Part shown: one piece after another, positions 1 to 11,138 of the stretch
Position numbering within the stretch: position 1 is the first letter of the stretch
Layout of the letters: every line of letters begins with the position of its first letter
Assembly (NCBI GenBank): GCA_021781215.1
Contig: JAJXXC010000002.1
Coordinates: 83,371 to 147,370 of the forward strand
Reading direction: 5' to 3'
DNA: 64,000 nucleotides
Origin: a bacterium
Lineage (GTDB): Bacteria; Patescibacteriota; Saccharimonadia; Saccharimonadales; DATKHC01
Made by a program: the position numbers and the translations under genes
Notes under the pieces: model-generated
What the model was told of the DNA's origin: nothing
What the model saw: the letters and a program-made list of their open reading frames with translations, nothing else
Databases searched by the model: none

Positions 1-2467
1 ATTTTTCTTCAACCGCTATCATAGATAATTTCATTAGTTCAGCTGCCGTTCCCTGTATCGGCATATTAATAGCCGCTCGTTCAGCAGCTTTACGAATAAT
101 AAAATTGGGGCTATTAATGTCGGGCATTGGCCTTCTCCTACCAAATAGGTCTTCAACAAAACCATTTGTTTTTGCATCTTTCAACAGTTTTTCCATGTAA
201 CTAAGGAGTGGTTTCCTGAGTTCATAGTAACGTTCAATGAATTTCTTTGACTGCTCCTGAGTCATATTAGTTGCAACGCTAAGACCGTGAGGACTCATTC
301 CGTATAGGATTCCGAAATTGATAGTTTTAGCGAATCGTCTCATCTCTTTAGTAACTAACTCAGGTTTTTGTCCACTCATCTGAGCCGCAGTTACTGTATG
401 AACATCTAATCCGGCATTAAATTGACTAATCAATTCATCGTCTTTAGATAGATAGGCTGCCAGTCTAAGCTCAAACTGAGAATAGTCGGCGGCTATAAAG
501 CTATATCCTTTTCTTGATACAAATGCTGATCTAATCTCGCGACCAATTTCGGTTTTTATTGGTATGTTCTGTAGATTTGGATCAGTAGAACTTAGTCTGC
601 CAGTTTGAGCAACAGTTAAATTAAAACTAGTATGAATTCTAGAGTTTGAGTCTGCTAGTCTGGGTAGCGCCTCTATGTATGTATTTAACAATTTTGAATA
701 TTCTCGATATTCAGTTATTAGGTCTATTATCGGGTGTACACCCCTTAACTTATCCAGCTCCTTAGCACCAGTCGAAAGATTATTTTTACCTTTCTTTACC
801 CCTGCTGTAGATAGATTTAATTCTTTATATAAAATCTCGGCTAGCTGTATGGGTGAGTTTATATTAAATTCATGACCGGCATATTCAAAAATTGATTTCT
901 GAATAGAGCCTATTTTCTCTTTGAAGTCAGTTGCCATTTTAGCAAGCAAATCAGTATCCAGCCCAATGCCCTCAAATTCCATCCTAGCCAAAATCGGAAT
1001 TATTTTCCACTCAACATCACTAGCTAGGCTACTAATTTTAGGATAACTAAGTAGCTCAGTCTTTTGAATTTTTGTGACTTCGCGTATTACTGCCACAATA
1101 TCGGGAGATTTTTGAATAAATTCATCATCATCTAAATCGTCGAGTGAAACCGAGGAATAGCCCAGACTATCTTCAGCCAGTTCGGTTATGGTAAGGGCCC
1201 TATTCAATGAATTAATTAGAAAGGCTCCAATAAGAATGTCATGATTAATATTGCCTATATTCACTCCTAAACTAAAACAGGTTTGAATAGTATTTTTCAG
1301 ATCATACCCGATAATTTCAGGTTTGCTTGAAAACAAATTAGTTAGTATATTACTTAGTAATTTTTTATCTAGCTTAACAATGTCCAGAAGAAAGTTTGTT
1401 TCACTATCAGGACTAATATTTAAGTAAAGCGGTACATTTCCATGTTTGCCTCTCGCCCTAGAATATATGACTAATTCATTAGTTTTAGGAAATTTTAATT
1501 GAGTTAATTTTTCATCAGTATCAATCACAAAATTTTTAGGGACTCTTAAGTCGTAGTTAGAGCTAGAAATCATAGTTGAATCTATCTTAAAAATTTCCGG
1601 TAACTTACTAACTAGAGATTTAAATTCTAATTCACTTAAAATTTTCTTTAATTCTTCGGGCTTAACTCTACTGCCATCAACTTCATTTATATCTAAAGAG
1701 ATCGGGGCATCTAACCATATCTGGGCTAATTTTCTACTCATATAAGCCGAATCCTTACCAGCTAATAATTTCTTACTCGTTGAGGCTTTTATTAAATCCA
1801 AATTATCATAAATATCGTCTAGCGTAGAATAATCACCTAGTAATTCTGTGGCTGTTTTACTGCCAATTCCCGGAACACCAGGTATATTATCCGAAGAATC
1901 CCCGGCTAGAGATTTATAGTCGACAAATTGTTCAACTTTAATATTATGTTTTTTCTCGAAACTATCTACATTATATTCTTCTATATTGCTCAAACCCTTC
2001 TTCAGTATGTAAGCTCTAGTGTGGGTATTTACTAGCTGTAAAACATCAAGGTCGGAAGTTACTAGATATGTTTCAATATTCTTTGCAGTTGCTTGATACG
2101 ATAGCGTTCCCATAATATCGTCTGCCTCATAATCATCAAGCTCATATAGTGGCCAACCAAATGCATCCAATAACTTATGCAGTATAGGTATTTGTAGATA
2201 AAAGTCGTCAGGAGCTGGTTTACGTCCAGCTTTATATTCCGGATATATCTCTAACCTTTTTCTTATATTGGTTTTTGGTTTATCCCAGGCTACACAAACA
2301 TAATCTGGCTTTAATTTTCTTAATACTTCTAGAGCCATTACTGCAAAACCATAAATTCCACCCGTTGGTACGCCATCTTTGGTTTTAAGCTCTGGCATGG
2401 CATAATAGCCACGGTAAAATATACTTTTACCATCAATTATTACAAATCTCTTTAATTTATCAGCCAT
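1..2467 (-). CDS. polA: DNA polymerase I (3' end beyond window)
   Basis: Manual minus-strand translation from ATG 2467: MADKLKRFVIIDGKSIFYRGYYAMP...; YEADDIMG, GDSSDNIPGVPGIGSKTA (5'-3' exonuclease); TGRLSSTDPNLQNIP, ADYSQFELR, AKTINFGILYG (Pol A motifs). Missing from the ORF track because it runs off the window. Confidence 0.96.
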   Translation of the reverse strand, partial: MADKLKRFVIIDGKSIFYRGYYAMPELKTKDGVPTGGIYGFAVMALEVLRKLKPDYVCVAWDKPKTNIRKRLEIYPEYKAGRKPAPDDFYLQIPILHKLLDAFGWPLYELDDYEADDIMGTLSYQATAKNIETYLVTSDLDVLQLVNTHTRAYILKKGLSNIEEYNVDSFEKKHNIKVEQFVDYKSLAGDSSDNIPGVPGIGSKTATELLGDYSTLDDIYDNLDLIKASTSKKLLAGKDSAYMSRKLAQIWLDAPISLDINEVDGSRVKPEELKKILSELEFKSLVSKLPEIFKIDSTMISSSNYDLRVPKNFVIDTDEKLTQLKFPKTNELVIYSRARGKHGNVPLYLNISPDSETNFLLDIVKLDKKLLSNILTNLFSSKPEIIGYDLKNTIQTCFSLGVNIGNINHDILIGAFLINSLNRALTITELAEDSLGYSSVSLDDLDDDEFIQKSPDIVAVIREVTKIQKTELLSYPKISSLASDVEWKIIPILARMEFEGIGLDTDLLAKMATDFKEKIGSIQKSIFEYAGHEFNINSPIQLAEILYKELNLSTAGVKKGKNNLSTGAKELDKLRGVHPIIDLITEYREYSKLLNTYIEALPRLADSNSRIHTSFNLTVAQTGRLSSTDPNLQNIPIKTEIGREIRSAFVSRKGYSFIAADYSQFELRLAAYLSKDDELISQFNAGLDVHTVTAAQMSGQKPELVTKEMRRFAKTINFGILYGMSPHGLSVATNMTQEQSKKFIERYYELRKPLLSYMEKLLKDAKTNGFVEDLFGRRRPMPDINSPNFIIRKAAERAAINMPIQGTAAELMKLSMIAVEEK

Positions 2468-2548
2468 CTAGAATTAATTATATCTAAAACAATCAGATAG
2501 TAGTAATTTGAATTTAAATTCAAAAGAAGTTAATTGATCTAGAAAATA

Positions 2549-3673
2549 CTATTTGATATATTCGTAGAGTTTTTTAGCGTCTTTGTGTTTTCTTAATTTT
2601 GCTAATGCCTTAGCTTCAATTTGCCTAATTCTCTCTCTGGTTACACTGAATTCCTGGCCGACCTCTTCGAGCGTATAGTTCTTTCCGTCTTCTAGGCCAA
2701 ATCTTAATTTAATGATTTTTTGCTCTCGCTCAGTTAATCCATTGAGCATTCCGCTAACATGTTCTTTTAATAATTGATTAGTTGCCGATTCTTCGGGGCT
2801 AATCGTGTCTTCATCTTCGATAAAATCACCCAAGACTGAATCCTCTTCGTCTTCATGAACACTCGCGTCCAAACTAGAAATGTCCTGTTTGATTTTCATT
2901 ATGTGTTCGACTTTATCTACATCAATTTCCATCGCTTCAGCTATTTCTTCATTGCTAGGCTCACGATTTAATTCCTGGGTTAACCTTCTTTGAGTTCTCA
3001 AAAGTTTATTAATTGTTTCAACCATGTGTACTGGTATTCTGATAGTCCTAGCCTGGTCAGCTATAGCTCGAGTTATAGCCTGTCTAATCCACCAGGTGGC
3101 ATATGTTGAGAATTTAAATCCCTTGTCTGGATCAAATTTCTCAACTGCTCTAAGTAACCCCGTATTACCTTCTTGAATTAAGTCCAGTAGATCAAGCCCC
3201 CTACCAACATATCTTTTAGCGATACTAACTACTAGCCGCATGTTGGCCTCAGCCATTTTATCCTTTGCAACTTTATCTCCGGCCACCACCCTATTAGCTA
3301 ACGCTAGTTCTTCCTCGGAAGAAAGCAAAGGAATTTTACCAATTTCTCTGAGGTATAGGCGTACTGAATCATCAGAAATATCATCAAAGAAATTTGCAGC
3401 CTCGAGGTTCACTTCTTCTTCAGTACTCTCCCACTCAGCTGGAAAATCTGTAGCCATCGGCTGGGTTAATCCAGTAATCACAACTCCAGAGTCAGAAAGT
3501 TCAGTGTAAACTGCGTCTAGCTGTTCAACGTTTTCAGGAGTGTCGGGAATAACATCAAATATTTCTCGTTGATCAATACGATTTTCTTTTTTAGCTTTAG
3601 CTATCAAATCGTTCTTCAGTTGGTCAGGATCAATTTGAACACTATCGTCATTAACTATATTTTTTTTAACCAT
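2549..3673 (-). CDS. rpoD: RNA polymerase primary sigma factor
   Basis: [66 protein letters not shown]; lies downstream of dnaG. Confidence 0.97.
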   Translation of the reverse strand: MVKKNIVNDDSVQIDPDQLKNDLIAKAKKENRIDQREIFDVIPDTPENVEQLDAVYTELSDSGVVITGLTQPMATDFPAEWESTEEEVNLEAANFFDDISDDSVRLYLREIGKIPLLSSEEELALANRVVAGDKVAKDKMAEANMRLVVSIAKRYVGRGLDLLDLIQEGNTGLLRAVEKFDPDKGFKFSTYATWWIRQAITRAIADQARTIRIPVHMVETINKLLRTQRRLTQELNREPSNEEIAEAMEIDVDKVEHIMKIKQDISSLDASVHEDEEDSVLGDFIEDEDTISPEESATNQLLKEHVSGMLNGLTEREQKIIKLRFGLEDGKNYTLEEVGQEFSVTRERIRQIEAKALAKLRKHKDAKKLYEYIK

Positions 3674-3677
3674 TTAT

Positions 3678-5432
3678 TCAACTCCCAATTATCTTTAATA
3701 ATTCATCTAACTTTTTAGCTTTTTTCAATAAATTTTGAGTCGCTTCTTCATCCGAATATTGCATATCTAGGGAAAGTAAATCTTTTTGTTTTTTAACGAA
3801 TTTTACTATTAGACGATCTCTTAAGCGTTTAGATTCGTAAACTAATTCTATATCGCTTAGATCTTGATATAACGTCTCGTATTGTAACATCAACATTTTA
3901 ACATAATCTGCAATATTATTCAATTCACGTCGGCTATTTTTAGTAAACTTATAGTCAGGATTCGCTTTCAAAAATGTTATTAATATTCGCTGATCCTCAG
4001 AGCCAAACATGTTTTTTTTAACTATTTCTAGATTTTTTCTAGATCCTGGGTTATATAAACAAATTGCTATGAATTGATCTTGAGTTTTTCTTTGATCAAT
4101 TTCGTCTTTATCAAGTACAGGTTTATCGATTTTAGGAGTTTTTAGTTTTGCAGTTTTTTCTGGAGCAAAACTACTTGATTTAGATATAAGAGCCGACTTA
4201 TCAACGTTTAATATCTTAGACAATTTACCATAGTAATGATCTTGCTCAACGCTATCGGATAATTTATTTATTACTGGTAGTAAAATATCTGAAAATTTTC
4301 GTTTATCTTTAGCCTGATTTAGGTCTAAGACTTTTTGATAACTATCGATTAACCAATCCACGGCATAAATAGGCCTGTTTACATACCCTTCCCATAATTT
4401 TGGATTGATTTGAATTAGCTCATCTGGGTCTTTGGCATTATCAATAGCTATCACGCTCAAGTTAACTTTAGCCTTGCTGGCGATTGGAATAGCCCGCTCA
4501 GTCGCAGTTTGACCAGCACTATCTTGATCAAAGGCCAGGCGGACATCTGAAGATAGGTTACCAATGATTTTTAGATGCTGTTCGGTTATTGCCGTACCAG
4601 CCGTTGCGACTACCTGTTTAACGCCTACTTGATATGAAGATATTACATCCAAATTTCCCTCTACTATTACGCAATAACCAGAAGTTCGAATTGAATCCTT
4701 GGCTAAATGGAGTCCGTAAACATGTCGACTTTTATCATATAAAATTGTTTGTGGCGTATTTATGTACTTCGGGGAATTACTATCACTGACTAATTGTCTA
4801 GCCGTAAAGCCAATCACCCTACCTTGTCCATCTGCTAGTGGTATCATTAGCCTGCCCCTAAACATATCAATCGGGTTTCGATAACCTCTGGTTGCAAGCC
4901 CTGACTCCTGCAAATCTTTTATATTGAAGCCTTGTTTTAATAGAAATTTAATCAATGCATCTCCGTTATTCGGAGAATAGCCTAACCTAAAGTCCAATAC
5001 AGTTTCTTTATCAAAGTGTCTATTTTTAAATACGTAATCTAAGGCTTCTCTGCTATTGCGCAATTGAACTTGATAAAATTTTGTAGCTAATTCCAACACG
5101 TTATAGGCTATTTGTTTATTTTTAATAAGTGCGCCCGATTTGCCGTTAGAATATTTACTCAAATCAATACCGGCCTTATTAGCTAAAATGCTAAGAGCTT
5201 CTTTAAAGTCGACGCCTTCAATATCCATAATAAAAGAAAAAACATTACCACCCTTTCCGGAAGAAAAATCATGCCATATCTGTTTTTCTGGGCTAACCAT
5301 CAAACTTGGTGATTTTTCGGTAGTGAATGGACTTAATCCTTTAAAATTACGACCGGCACGCTTAAGCTGGATATATTCTCCGACTATATCCTCAATACTA
5401 ATCCTCGATTTAATATCTTCTACAACATCCAT
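3678..5432 (-). CDS. dnaG: DNA primase
   Basis: N-terminal zinc-finger-like region (LSPFTTEKSPS, WHDFSSGKGG), FRGRLMIP, KYINTPQT, TOPRIM VEGNLDV and FDQDSAG. Confidence 0.96.
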   Translation of the reverse strand: MDVVEDIKSRISIEDIVGEYIQLKRAGRNFKGLSPFTTEKSPSLMVSPEKQIWHDFSSGKGGNVFSFIMDIEGVDFKEALSILANKAGIDLSKYSNGKSGALIKNKQIAYNVLELATKFYQVQLRNSREALDYVFKNRHFDKETVLDFRLGYSPNNGDALIKFLLKQGFNIKDLQESGLATRGYRNPIDMFRGRLMIPLADGQGRVIGFTARQLVSDSNSPKYINTPQTILYDKSRHVYGLHLAKDSIRTSGYCVIVEGNLDVISSYQVGVKQVVATAGTAITEQHLKIIGNLSSDVRLAFDQDSAGQTATERAIPIASKAKVNLSVIAIDNAKDPDELIQINPKLWEGYVNRPIYAVDWLIDSYQKVLDLNQAKDKRKFSDILLPVINKLSDSVEQDHYYGKLSKILNVDKSALISKSSSFAPEKTAKLKTPKIDKPVLDKDEIDQRKTQDQFIAICLYNPGSRKNLEIVKKNMFGSEDQRILITFLKANPDYKFTKNSRRELNNIADYVKMLMLQYETLYQDLSDIELVYESKRLRDRLIVKFVKKQKDLLSLDMQYSDEEATQNLLKKAKKLDELLKIIGS

Positions 5433-5509
5433 CTATAGTTGCTATTTTACGCTAAGAAGAGAAATCCTACTATCAAATCAATCTATTTCTAAATTCTCAA
5501 ATTTTATTA

Positions 5510-6292
5510 TCAAATAGAACTATTCTTACCAAATGTATTTTTCAAAGCTTTGACCATTGAAGATTGTGCGGACTGGAAATTATCATCAGCTGATTTAAAC
5601 ACTGCGTTCCTTTGAGTAATTAACTGATTAATTCTGTTAGTAAAGGACTTGTCACCTATCAAAGCATTTCTAAATGTGGTCTGAGCTGTATTCATCGAGG
5701 ACTGAAAAATAGAATGAATCCTTGGTCCGTCCGTAGGATTGCTAGTGCAACTTGTTCTCGCTGTATTGATGGCATCATTGACTGCGGTCTGGAATGCAGA
5801 TGATTGCCCATCAATAGTTATTTGCCTAAGGTCTAGAGTTGATTTAACAGATGCCCTAAATGTGGCCGTGGCCTCATCATGGATTGATCTACGCATAGCT
5901 ATTAATTCATTTATGTTAGTCTCATAAATATTTACGGCCTGTTTTTCAATATTAGTAGTTGCCTTCACTCCAAGCTTAGTGAAATCGTCGTTTATATTCT
6001 TATCTGTTTGTTTTCTAGAATTAGCTATATTTTGATCAGTCTGTTGCCATTGAGTTGCCAATAACTGAGTTTGCAAAGTTTGCGCCTGCAATACCTTACT
6101 GAATGAATCGTTAAAAGCTGAAATAACCGGGTTAACTTCTCTGTTAAAACTAGAACAAAATGGACTCGGTTTAGAGCCAGTGGCATAGCTTGTTACCAAA
6201 GGCACAGCCAGTAAGGAGCCAACCAAAAAAATAACCAATAATCTTAGCCTAAAGACTTCTTTATAGTTTCGATGCATTGTAAGCTCCGGCAA
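5510..6292 (-). CDS. hypothetical exported/membrane-anchored helical protein (start uncertain)
   Basis: 260-aa ORF with N-terminal hydrophobic segment and Q/A/N-rich helical body. Confidence 0.65.
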   Translation of the reverse strand: MPELTMHRNYKEVFRLRLLVIFLVGSLLAVPLVTSYATGSKPSPFCSSFNREVNPVISAFNDSFSKVLQAQTLQTQLLATQWQQTDQNIANSRKQTDKNINDDFTKLGVKATTNIEKQAVNIYETNINELIAMRRSIHDEATATFRASVKSTLDLRQITIDGQSSAFQTAVNDAINTARTSCTSNPTDGPRIHSIFQSSMNTAQTTFRNALIGDKSFTNRINQLITQRNAVFKSADDNFQSAQSSMVKALKNTFGKNSSI

Positions 6293-6590
6293 GATTATTT
6301 AACGCTTTATTCACTGTAGTAATACTTTGCTGTATTTGGGAGTCGGATGAATTATCAATAGATTCCTCTAATTGAACATCTCTCTGGGTTAATTGAGTTA
6401 CACTCTTTGTTGAGCCATCAATTACTATCGGTTGAGATAAGGACACGTTAGTATTGGTAGCTGGCGATTTATGCCTATCCATAACCCCTACAATGCTTAG
6501 TCCTATAACTACAATCACGCCGATGATAGCCAAGCTAGACCTTATAAATGTCGGATCAGAATAATGACTCAAAATAGTTTTGTAACTCAA
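6261..6590 (-). CDS. hypothetical single-pass membrane protein
   Basis: One hydrophobic segment, then a polar tail; overlaps the next gene. Confidence 0.55.
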   Translation of the reverse strand: MSYKTILSHYSDPTFIRSSLAIIGVIVVIGLSIVGVMDRHKSPATNTNVSLSQPIVIDGSTKSVTQLTQRDVQLEESIDNSSDSQIQQSITTVNKALNNLAGAYNASKL

Positions 6591-6740
6591 GAATAAACCT
6601 ATTAATTACTGCTTACGTTTAACAATCTAATTATACCCAATATTTCCAGACTATCAACAAGCTCAAGGCTATCTGCAAAGTTGATCTTATATTGAAAAGC
6701 CTATGTCGATGACTCAAAAGACATAATTCATCAAGAAAAT

Positions 6741-7073
6741 CTAAGCTATTTCTTTAGCAATATTATACGAAAGTGTAATTAAATCTTTGATTTCATCTAT
6801 TGGTACCTGTCCTGAATTAACTATACTAATCCATTTATCTTGATCTAGTTTTTGGCCTGGCATTACTGATTCATATTTTTCTTGAAGAAACTTGGACAAT
6901 ATTTTGTCACACCTTAAGCTAATGATAATTGGGTTTTTATTATTTATAAGAGCGAACATTTGCTCATTTACAGTGTACAGATCAATATTCTTCTCAAAAG
7001 GATGGCTTTTCTTCACACCCTTATGGCTGGCGAGATATTCAATAATTATATTCTTTGAACTAGGATCAATCAT
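6741..7073 (-). CDS. MmcQ/YjbR family protein
   Basis: YTVNEQMFAL, ISLRCD, VMPGQKLDQDKWISI, LITLSY; start moved to ATG 7073 to avoid overlapping orn. Confidence 0.8.
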   Translation of the reverse strand: MIDPSSKNIIIEYLASHKGVKKSHPFEKNIDLYTVNEQMFALINNKNPIIISLRCDKILSKFLQEKYESVMPGQKLDQDKWISIVNSGQVPIDEIKDLITLSYNIAKEIA

Positions 7074-7080
7074 AAAATCG

Positions 7081-7668
7081 TCATTCTTCTTCGGCCAAGA
7101 CCACATCATGGCCGTCGAACCATTTAAGGTAACATTCAAGCTCAGCAATAGAGGCTTTAATATCATCTAAAGCTCTGTGATTTGATTGTTTTTCAAACTC
7201 AACTCCAAATTTAGCGTTCATCACCAACTTCCACGAACTAACATCCAACATTCTATAATGTAACTTGGCATCAAATGCTGGCCAATACTGTTTTATAAAG
7301 CCTCGATCAGAGTGGATAGAGTTGCCAGCAAGTATCGCCGGTTGATTACCAAAATGTTGAGCTACAAATTTAATCAAGTCCGCCTCGACTTGCTCAGAGC
7401 TTTTGGCATCACTCGGAATATTTAAGAAATAGTCACGATTTTCCGGGAATTCATCATTGTACCAACTATTAGCCTCAAACAATTCTTTCAATTTGTTTTT
7501 ATCGTGTTTTAATCTTGCTTCGTAGCTAGCTATAATTTTAAAATCAAAATCGGTCACTATCGTCGCAATCTCAACTATTAGATCTTTTTTAAAATCCAAC
7601 CCGGTCATCTCAAGATCTATCCAAAGTAATCTTGTGGGCAAGTTAAGTTTATTAATTTTTGTCTTCAT
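7081..7668 (-). CDS. orn: oligoribonuclease
   Basis: LLWIDLEMTGLD, AGNSIHSDRGFI, HYRMLDVSS, HRALDDI. Confidence 0.93.
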   Translation of the reverse strand: MKTKINKLNLPTRLLWIDLEMTGLDFKKDLIVEIATIVTDFDFKIIASYEARLKHDKNKLKELFEANSWYNDEFPENRDYFLNIPSDAKSSEQVEADLIKFVAQHFGNQPAILAGNSIHSDRGFIKQYWPAFDAKLHYRMLDVSSWKLVMNAKFGVEFEKQSNHRALDDIKASIAELECYLKWFDGHDVVLAEEE

Positions 7669-7670
7669 TT

Positions 7671-8066
7671 TTATTCTTTTTTCTTATCAAGCTTATCAAG
7701 CTGTAATAGTTTAATTATCAGATATATAGTAAAGGCTGCTGCTAAAAATTCAATAATGCTACTTATTACCCTCCCATAAGCCAATCCTGACGTACATTGT
7801 CCGCGACTAGATTTAATACAAATCTGAGCGTCATTAAAATTAATATTTCCAGTTAATAGTCCTACTAATGGATTAACGATATTAGCTACTACTGAGTCCA
7901 CAACACTCTTTAAACTAGTACCCAAAAATATACCAATAGCTAGAGCTATCACCCCGTGGGATCTAATGAAATCAACAAAACCCTGAAATGGTTTGGCTTT
8001 TTTAAGCTTCTTAACTATACGTTTGTTTACGTTTTTAGATTTTTTAATTGGCTGACGGTTATCCAT
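7671..8066 (-). CDS. mscL: large-conductance mechanosensitive channel family protein
   Basis: FVDFIRSHGVIALAIGIFLG...VVDSVVANIVNP...YGRVISSIIEF; SD-like GAAAGGGG upstream of ATG 8066. Confidence 0.85.
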   Translation of the reverse strand: MDNRQPIKKSKNVNKRIVKKLKKAKPFQGFVDFIRSHGVIALAIGIFLGTSLKSVVDSVVANIVNPLVGLLTGNINFNDAQICIKSSRGQCTSGLAYGRVISSIIEFLAAAFTIYLIIKLLQLDKLDKKKE

Positions 8067-8085
8067 GTATTCCCCTTTCAATAAT

Positions 8086-9741
8086 TTACATATAATCTGG
8101 TGCCGGAATATGTAATAAGTCTAAACCAGTTTTTAATATTCTTACATAGCGATTGACTATTCTGACCCTAAGGTCTTGCCTGGGGTCACCGATAACTCTA
8201 TTCCGCTCATAAAAACTGTTGAATTCCTGGGCTAATTGATAAAGAAAAGTACAGATATGATGGGGCATATATTCATTAATAGATTGTTCAACGACTTCAG
8301 TGAATTGGCTCATTAAGGAAACCAAATTTCTTTCATCAACATCCAAAATATAATCATGGTCGAGAGATACTGAGTCCAAATTAGATAATTTTGCTAAAAT
8401 ATTTTTGGCTCTAGCATGAGCATACTGAATATATGGACCAGAATTACCTTCAATGGTAACCGATTCCTTGGGATTAAAAACAATGTTAGCGCCAATTCTT
8501 TGCTTAATAAAAGTGTAGCGAAGTGCGGCCATAAATATATCTTTTTTTACATTTGAGTCTGGATACTGCTCTTCAATTGCCTGTTTTATGCTATTTATTA
8601 ACTCAGCTCCAGTATAAACATCACCTGTCCTACTGCTCATTTTACCAGTAGTTAGGGTTAGGAAACCGTGGCTGATATGAATGGTTCGCCGTGCTAACTC
8701 TGGATCTATTTTTGCCAAAGCAGCAAATACTACCTTGAAATTATCATCTTGTTCATTAGCAGTAATAATTATTGATTTATCAGCTTCCGGAAAATCTTTC
8801 GATTTTAATTGAGTTAGTCCCAGATCCTTGGCTTGATAGGTAGGCAGCCCTTGTGAAGTAATGAAAACTGCTGTATATAGACCATCTTGTTCGCCTCTAT
8901 AAATAATAGCTCCTTGGCTTTTTTCAAATACTTTTCCTATATTTTGCTCCACCAGATTTTTACCTATAACTGCTGACTGACTCTCGACATAACGTTTATC
9001 AAAACTTACGCCAATCTCGTTAAATATCTTATCAAACTGATCAAAGCTCATTTTCTTGCCGAAATCATAAATATAATTAATCTGCTCGTCATTTTTGGTA
9101 TAGACGCTATTATTGATTAACTTAATCCGTTCACTGGCTGCAGGGTTATTCTGATATGCTCTCTCGCCTTCAGCATAAAAATAACCTATCGATTTTTCTT
9201 TAGTGACGGTGTCCAGTAGTGAAATGTCCCAATTTATATGTTCTCCAATACCATATATACCCTTGGCGATGTTTAAACCAACGTCACCCTGATAAATCAA
9301 GCTCTTAACATCGGCTCCGCTGGATTTTAGTAACGAGCTAATGACATCACCGACGATAGAACTATATACGTGACCTAGGTGCATTTCTTTAAACGCATTG
9401 GGGTCACCATATTCAACTAAAACCTGTTTGCCTGCATGAACTTTTGGCCAGGTTAATTCCTGGTTCAATATCGATAATATATCAGCATTTTTTAGAGTTA
9501 TATTGATAAATCCAGGGGCAACAAGCTCAACCTTGCTAAACTTATTCAAATTATTTAATTCTTTAACTAAATCTTTTGCAATATCCAGTGGAGACTTTTT
9601 AAGTCTTGGGGCAAGTTGCATGGCTACATTCGTCGAGAAATCACCGAACTGTTTTTCGGGTCGATCGATGTTTGCCTGAATATCTATGCCGAACTGTTTC
9701 TCGCAAAGCGCTTTAATAATATCAGTAATCTCAGATTTCAT
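8086..9741 (-). CDS. argS: arginine--tRNA ligase
   Basis: FGDFSTNVAM, PGFIN, HLGH (HIGH), KMSSRTG, GPYIQYAHAR. Confidence 0.96.
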   Translation of the reverse strand: MKSEITDIIKALCEKQFGIDIQANIDRPEKQFGDFSTNVAMQLAPRLKKSPLDIAKDLVKELNNLNKFSKVELVAPGFINITLKNADILSILNQELTWPKVHAGKQVLVEYGDPNAFKEMHLGHVYSSIVGDVISSLLKSSGADVKSLIYQGDVGLNIAKGIYGIGEHINWDISLLDTVTKEKSIGYFYAEGERAYQNNPAASERIKLINNSVYTKNDEQINYIYDFGKKMSFDQFDKIFNEIGVSFDKRYVESQSAVIGKNLVEQNIGKVFEKSQGAIIYRGEQDGLYTAVFITSQGLPTYQAKDLGLTQLKSKDFPEADKSIIITANEQDDNFKVVFAALAKIDPELARRTIHISHGFLTLTTGKMSSRTGDVYTGAELINSIKQAIEEQYPDSNVKKDIFMAALRYTFIKQRIGANIVFNPKESVTIEGNSGPYIQYAHARAKNILAKLSNLDSVSLDHDYILDVDERNLVSLMSQFTEVVEQSINEYMPHHICTFLYQLAQEFNSFYERNRVIGDPRQDLRVRIVNRYVRILKTGLDLLHIPAPDYM

Positions 9742-9769
9742 AATTTAGACCTATTATACAAAACCCTAA

Positions 9770-10444
9770 CTATTTATTTTTAAAGTATTTAATAAACTGC
9801 CAAATAACTAGATACATTGCACCAATAGTGAAGCTAAAAGCAAACATAATCGGCAAGAATGATGGATGGATTGATGGATGGATCAAAGTATCCGAGGTAT
9901 CAAAAAGAATTCCCGACGGATTAAGGACAATATCCCAACTATTCCACCGTAAATATCTACCTAGATAAATCGCAAAACTAACAACTATAATCAAAACAGC
10001 TATTATCATATGCGCATACTTGTAATACATTCTTTTTAGCACTTCAACGTGAAAAATATAGAGACTTGCAAATCCTGCAACTAAACCAATGAATATGGCT
10101 AGGTTTGTAAAGATGATGTTATATAAAACATCGATACTAATAATGTCCTGTACGTGGATTAAGTCAGTTATCATATAAAACGAATTGGGTAAAAAAACTA
10201 ATAGCAGAAAAGTGAGAATAAGATTTGAGGTTTTAAGCCAAGGTTGAGTTTTAAGTTTATTGGCAAGAATAATAGCAAAAAACGGAGATATAAAAGCCAA
10301 AAAAACATTATATGGCAAATAAAAATAATAGGTGGATTTTGAAGTGATGGCATTTATGGAAATCATCGCAAGACATATAACCAAAGCTATACAAAGCGAG
10401 ATGACAACAGGATAGTGCTTTCGCTCAATAAATCTTAATTTCAT
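9770..10444 (-). CDS. DUF1361-like membrane protein
   Basis: NVFLAFI, FLPNSFYMITDLIH, IYLGRYLRWNSWDI. Confidence 0.8.
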   Translation of the reverse strand: MKLRFIERKHYPVVISLCIALVICLAMISINAITSKSTYYFYLPYNVFLAFISPFFAIILANKLKTQPWLKTSNLILTFLLLVFLPNSFYMITDLIHVQDIISIDVLYNIIFTNLAIFIGLVAGFASLYIFHVEVLKRMYYKYAHMIIAVLIIVVSFAIYLGRYLRWNSWDIVLNPSGILFDTSDTLIHPSIHPSFLPIMFAFSFTIGAMYLVIWQFIKYFKNK

Positions 10445-10490
10445 CCAATCATTATACCAATAATCAAAGATAACAGGTTATAATGCCTTT

Positions 10491-11138
10491 ATGGATCGCA
10501 AAACCAATAACATAATAGACTCAGTAGACATCACGATTAGGAAATATCTTAAAAAAATTGCTTTTTTTATAAATTGGCTTAGCTCGGGTAAAATAACCCC
10601 AAACTCTATAACCATATCTGGATTGTTTTTACATTTGATTGTTGCCTGGTTAATTATTAATAGCCAATTACTGGCGGCTGCTATCTTTTTAGTTGTTTTT
10701 GGCCTATTCGATACTCTAGATGGAGAGCTAGCAAGATTACAAAAAACTCAATCATCAGCCGGAGCAATACTTGATGCTACAACTGATAGATTTAAAGAAA
10801 TAATTTTATATTCTTCTATAGCCTATTACTTTATCCATCATAATCAAGCTTCTTTTGCAGTGTGGGCGGTAATTGCCTGTGGATTTAGTATTTCAGTAAG
10901 CTATGTCAGAGCTAAGAGTGAGGCGGTCTATGCAGGAATCGGTAAAAATACCACTAGTTTTAGTAAAACATTTAAAAATGGGCTCTTACGATTTGAGGTG
11001 AGAATGCTATTACTGGTAATTGGGCTATTGGCTAATGAATTAACCTGGACTGTGGTTATAATCGCAGTCCTGTCCTTTTACACTGCAATTAGTAGGTTAG
11101 TAGATGCTAGCTATAAACTTAGCCATGATAAAAATTGA
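10491..11138 (+). CDS. CDP-alcohol phosphatidyltransferase family protein
   Basis: TPNSIT and signature DTLDGELAR...GAILDATTDR; SYVRAKSE resembles the PI/AIP-synthase-like clade. Confidence 0.9.
   Translation: MDRKTNNIIDSVDITIRKYLKKIAFFINWLSSGKITPNSITISGLFLHLIVAWLIINSQLLAAAIFLVVFGLFDTLDGELARLQKTQSSAGAILDATTDRFKEIILYSSIAYYFIHHNQASFAVWAVIACGFSISVSYVRAKSEAVYAGIGKNTTSFSKTFKNGLLRFEVRMLLLVIGLLANELTWTVVIIAVLSFYTAISRLVDASYKLSHDKN

Noticed and set aside
3678..7668. Genetic code 25 (TGA=Gly) as in Gracilibacteria/Absconditabacteria
   Set aside because: TGA ends dnaG and orn at expected lengths, and long conserved genes have no in-frame TGA.
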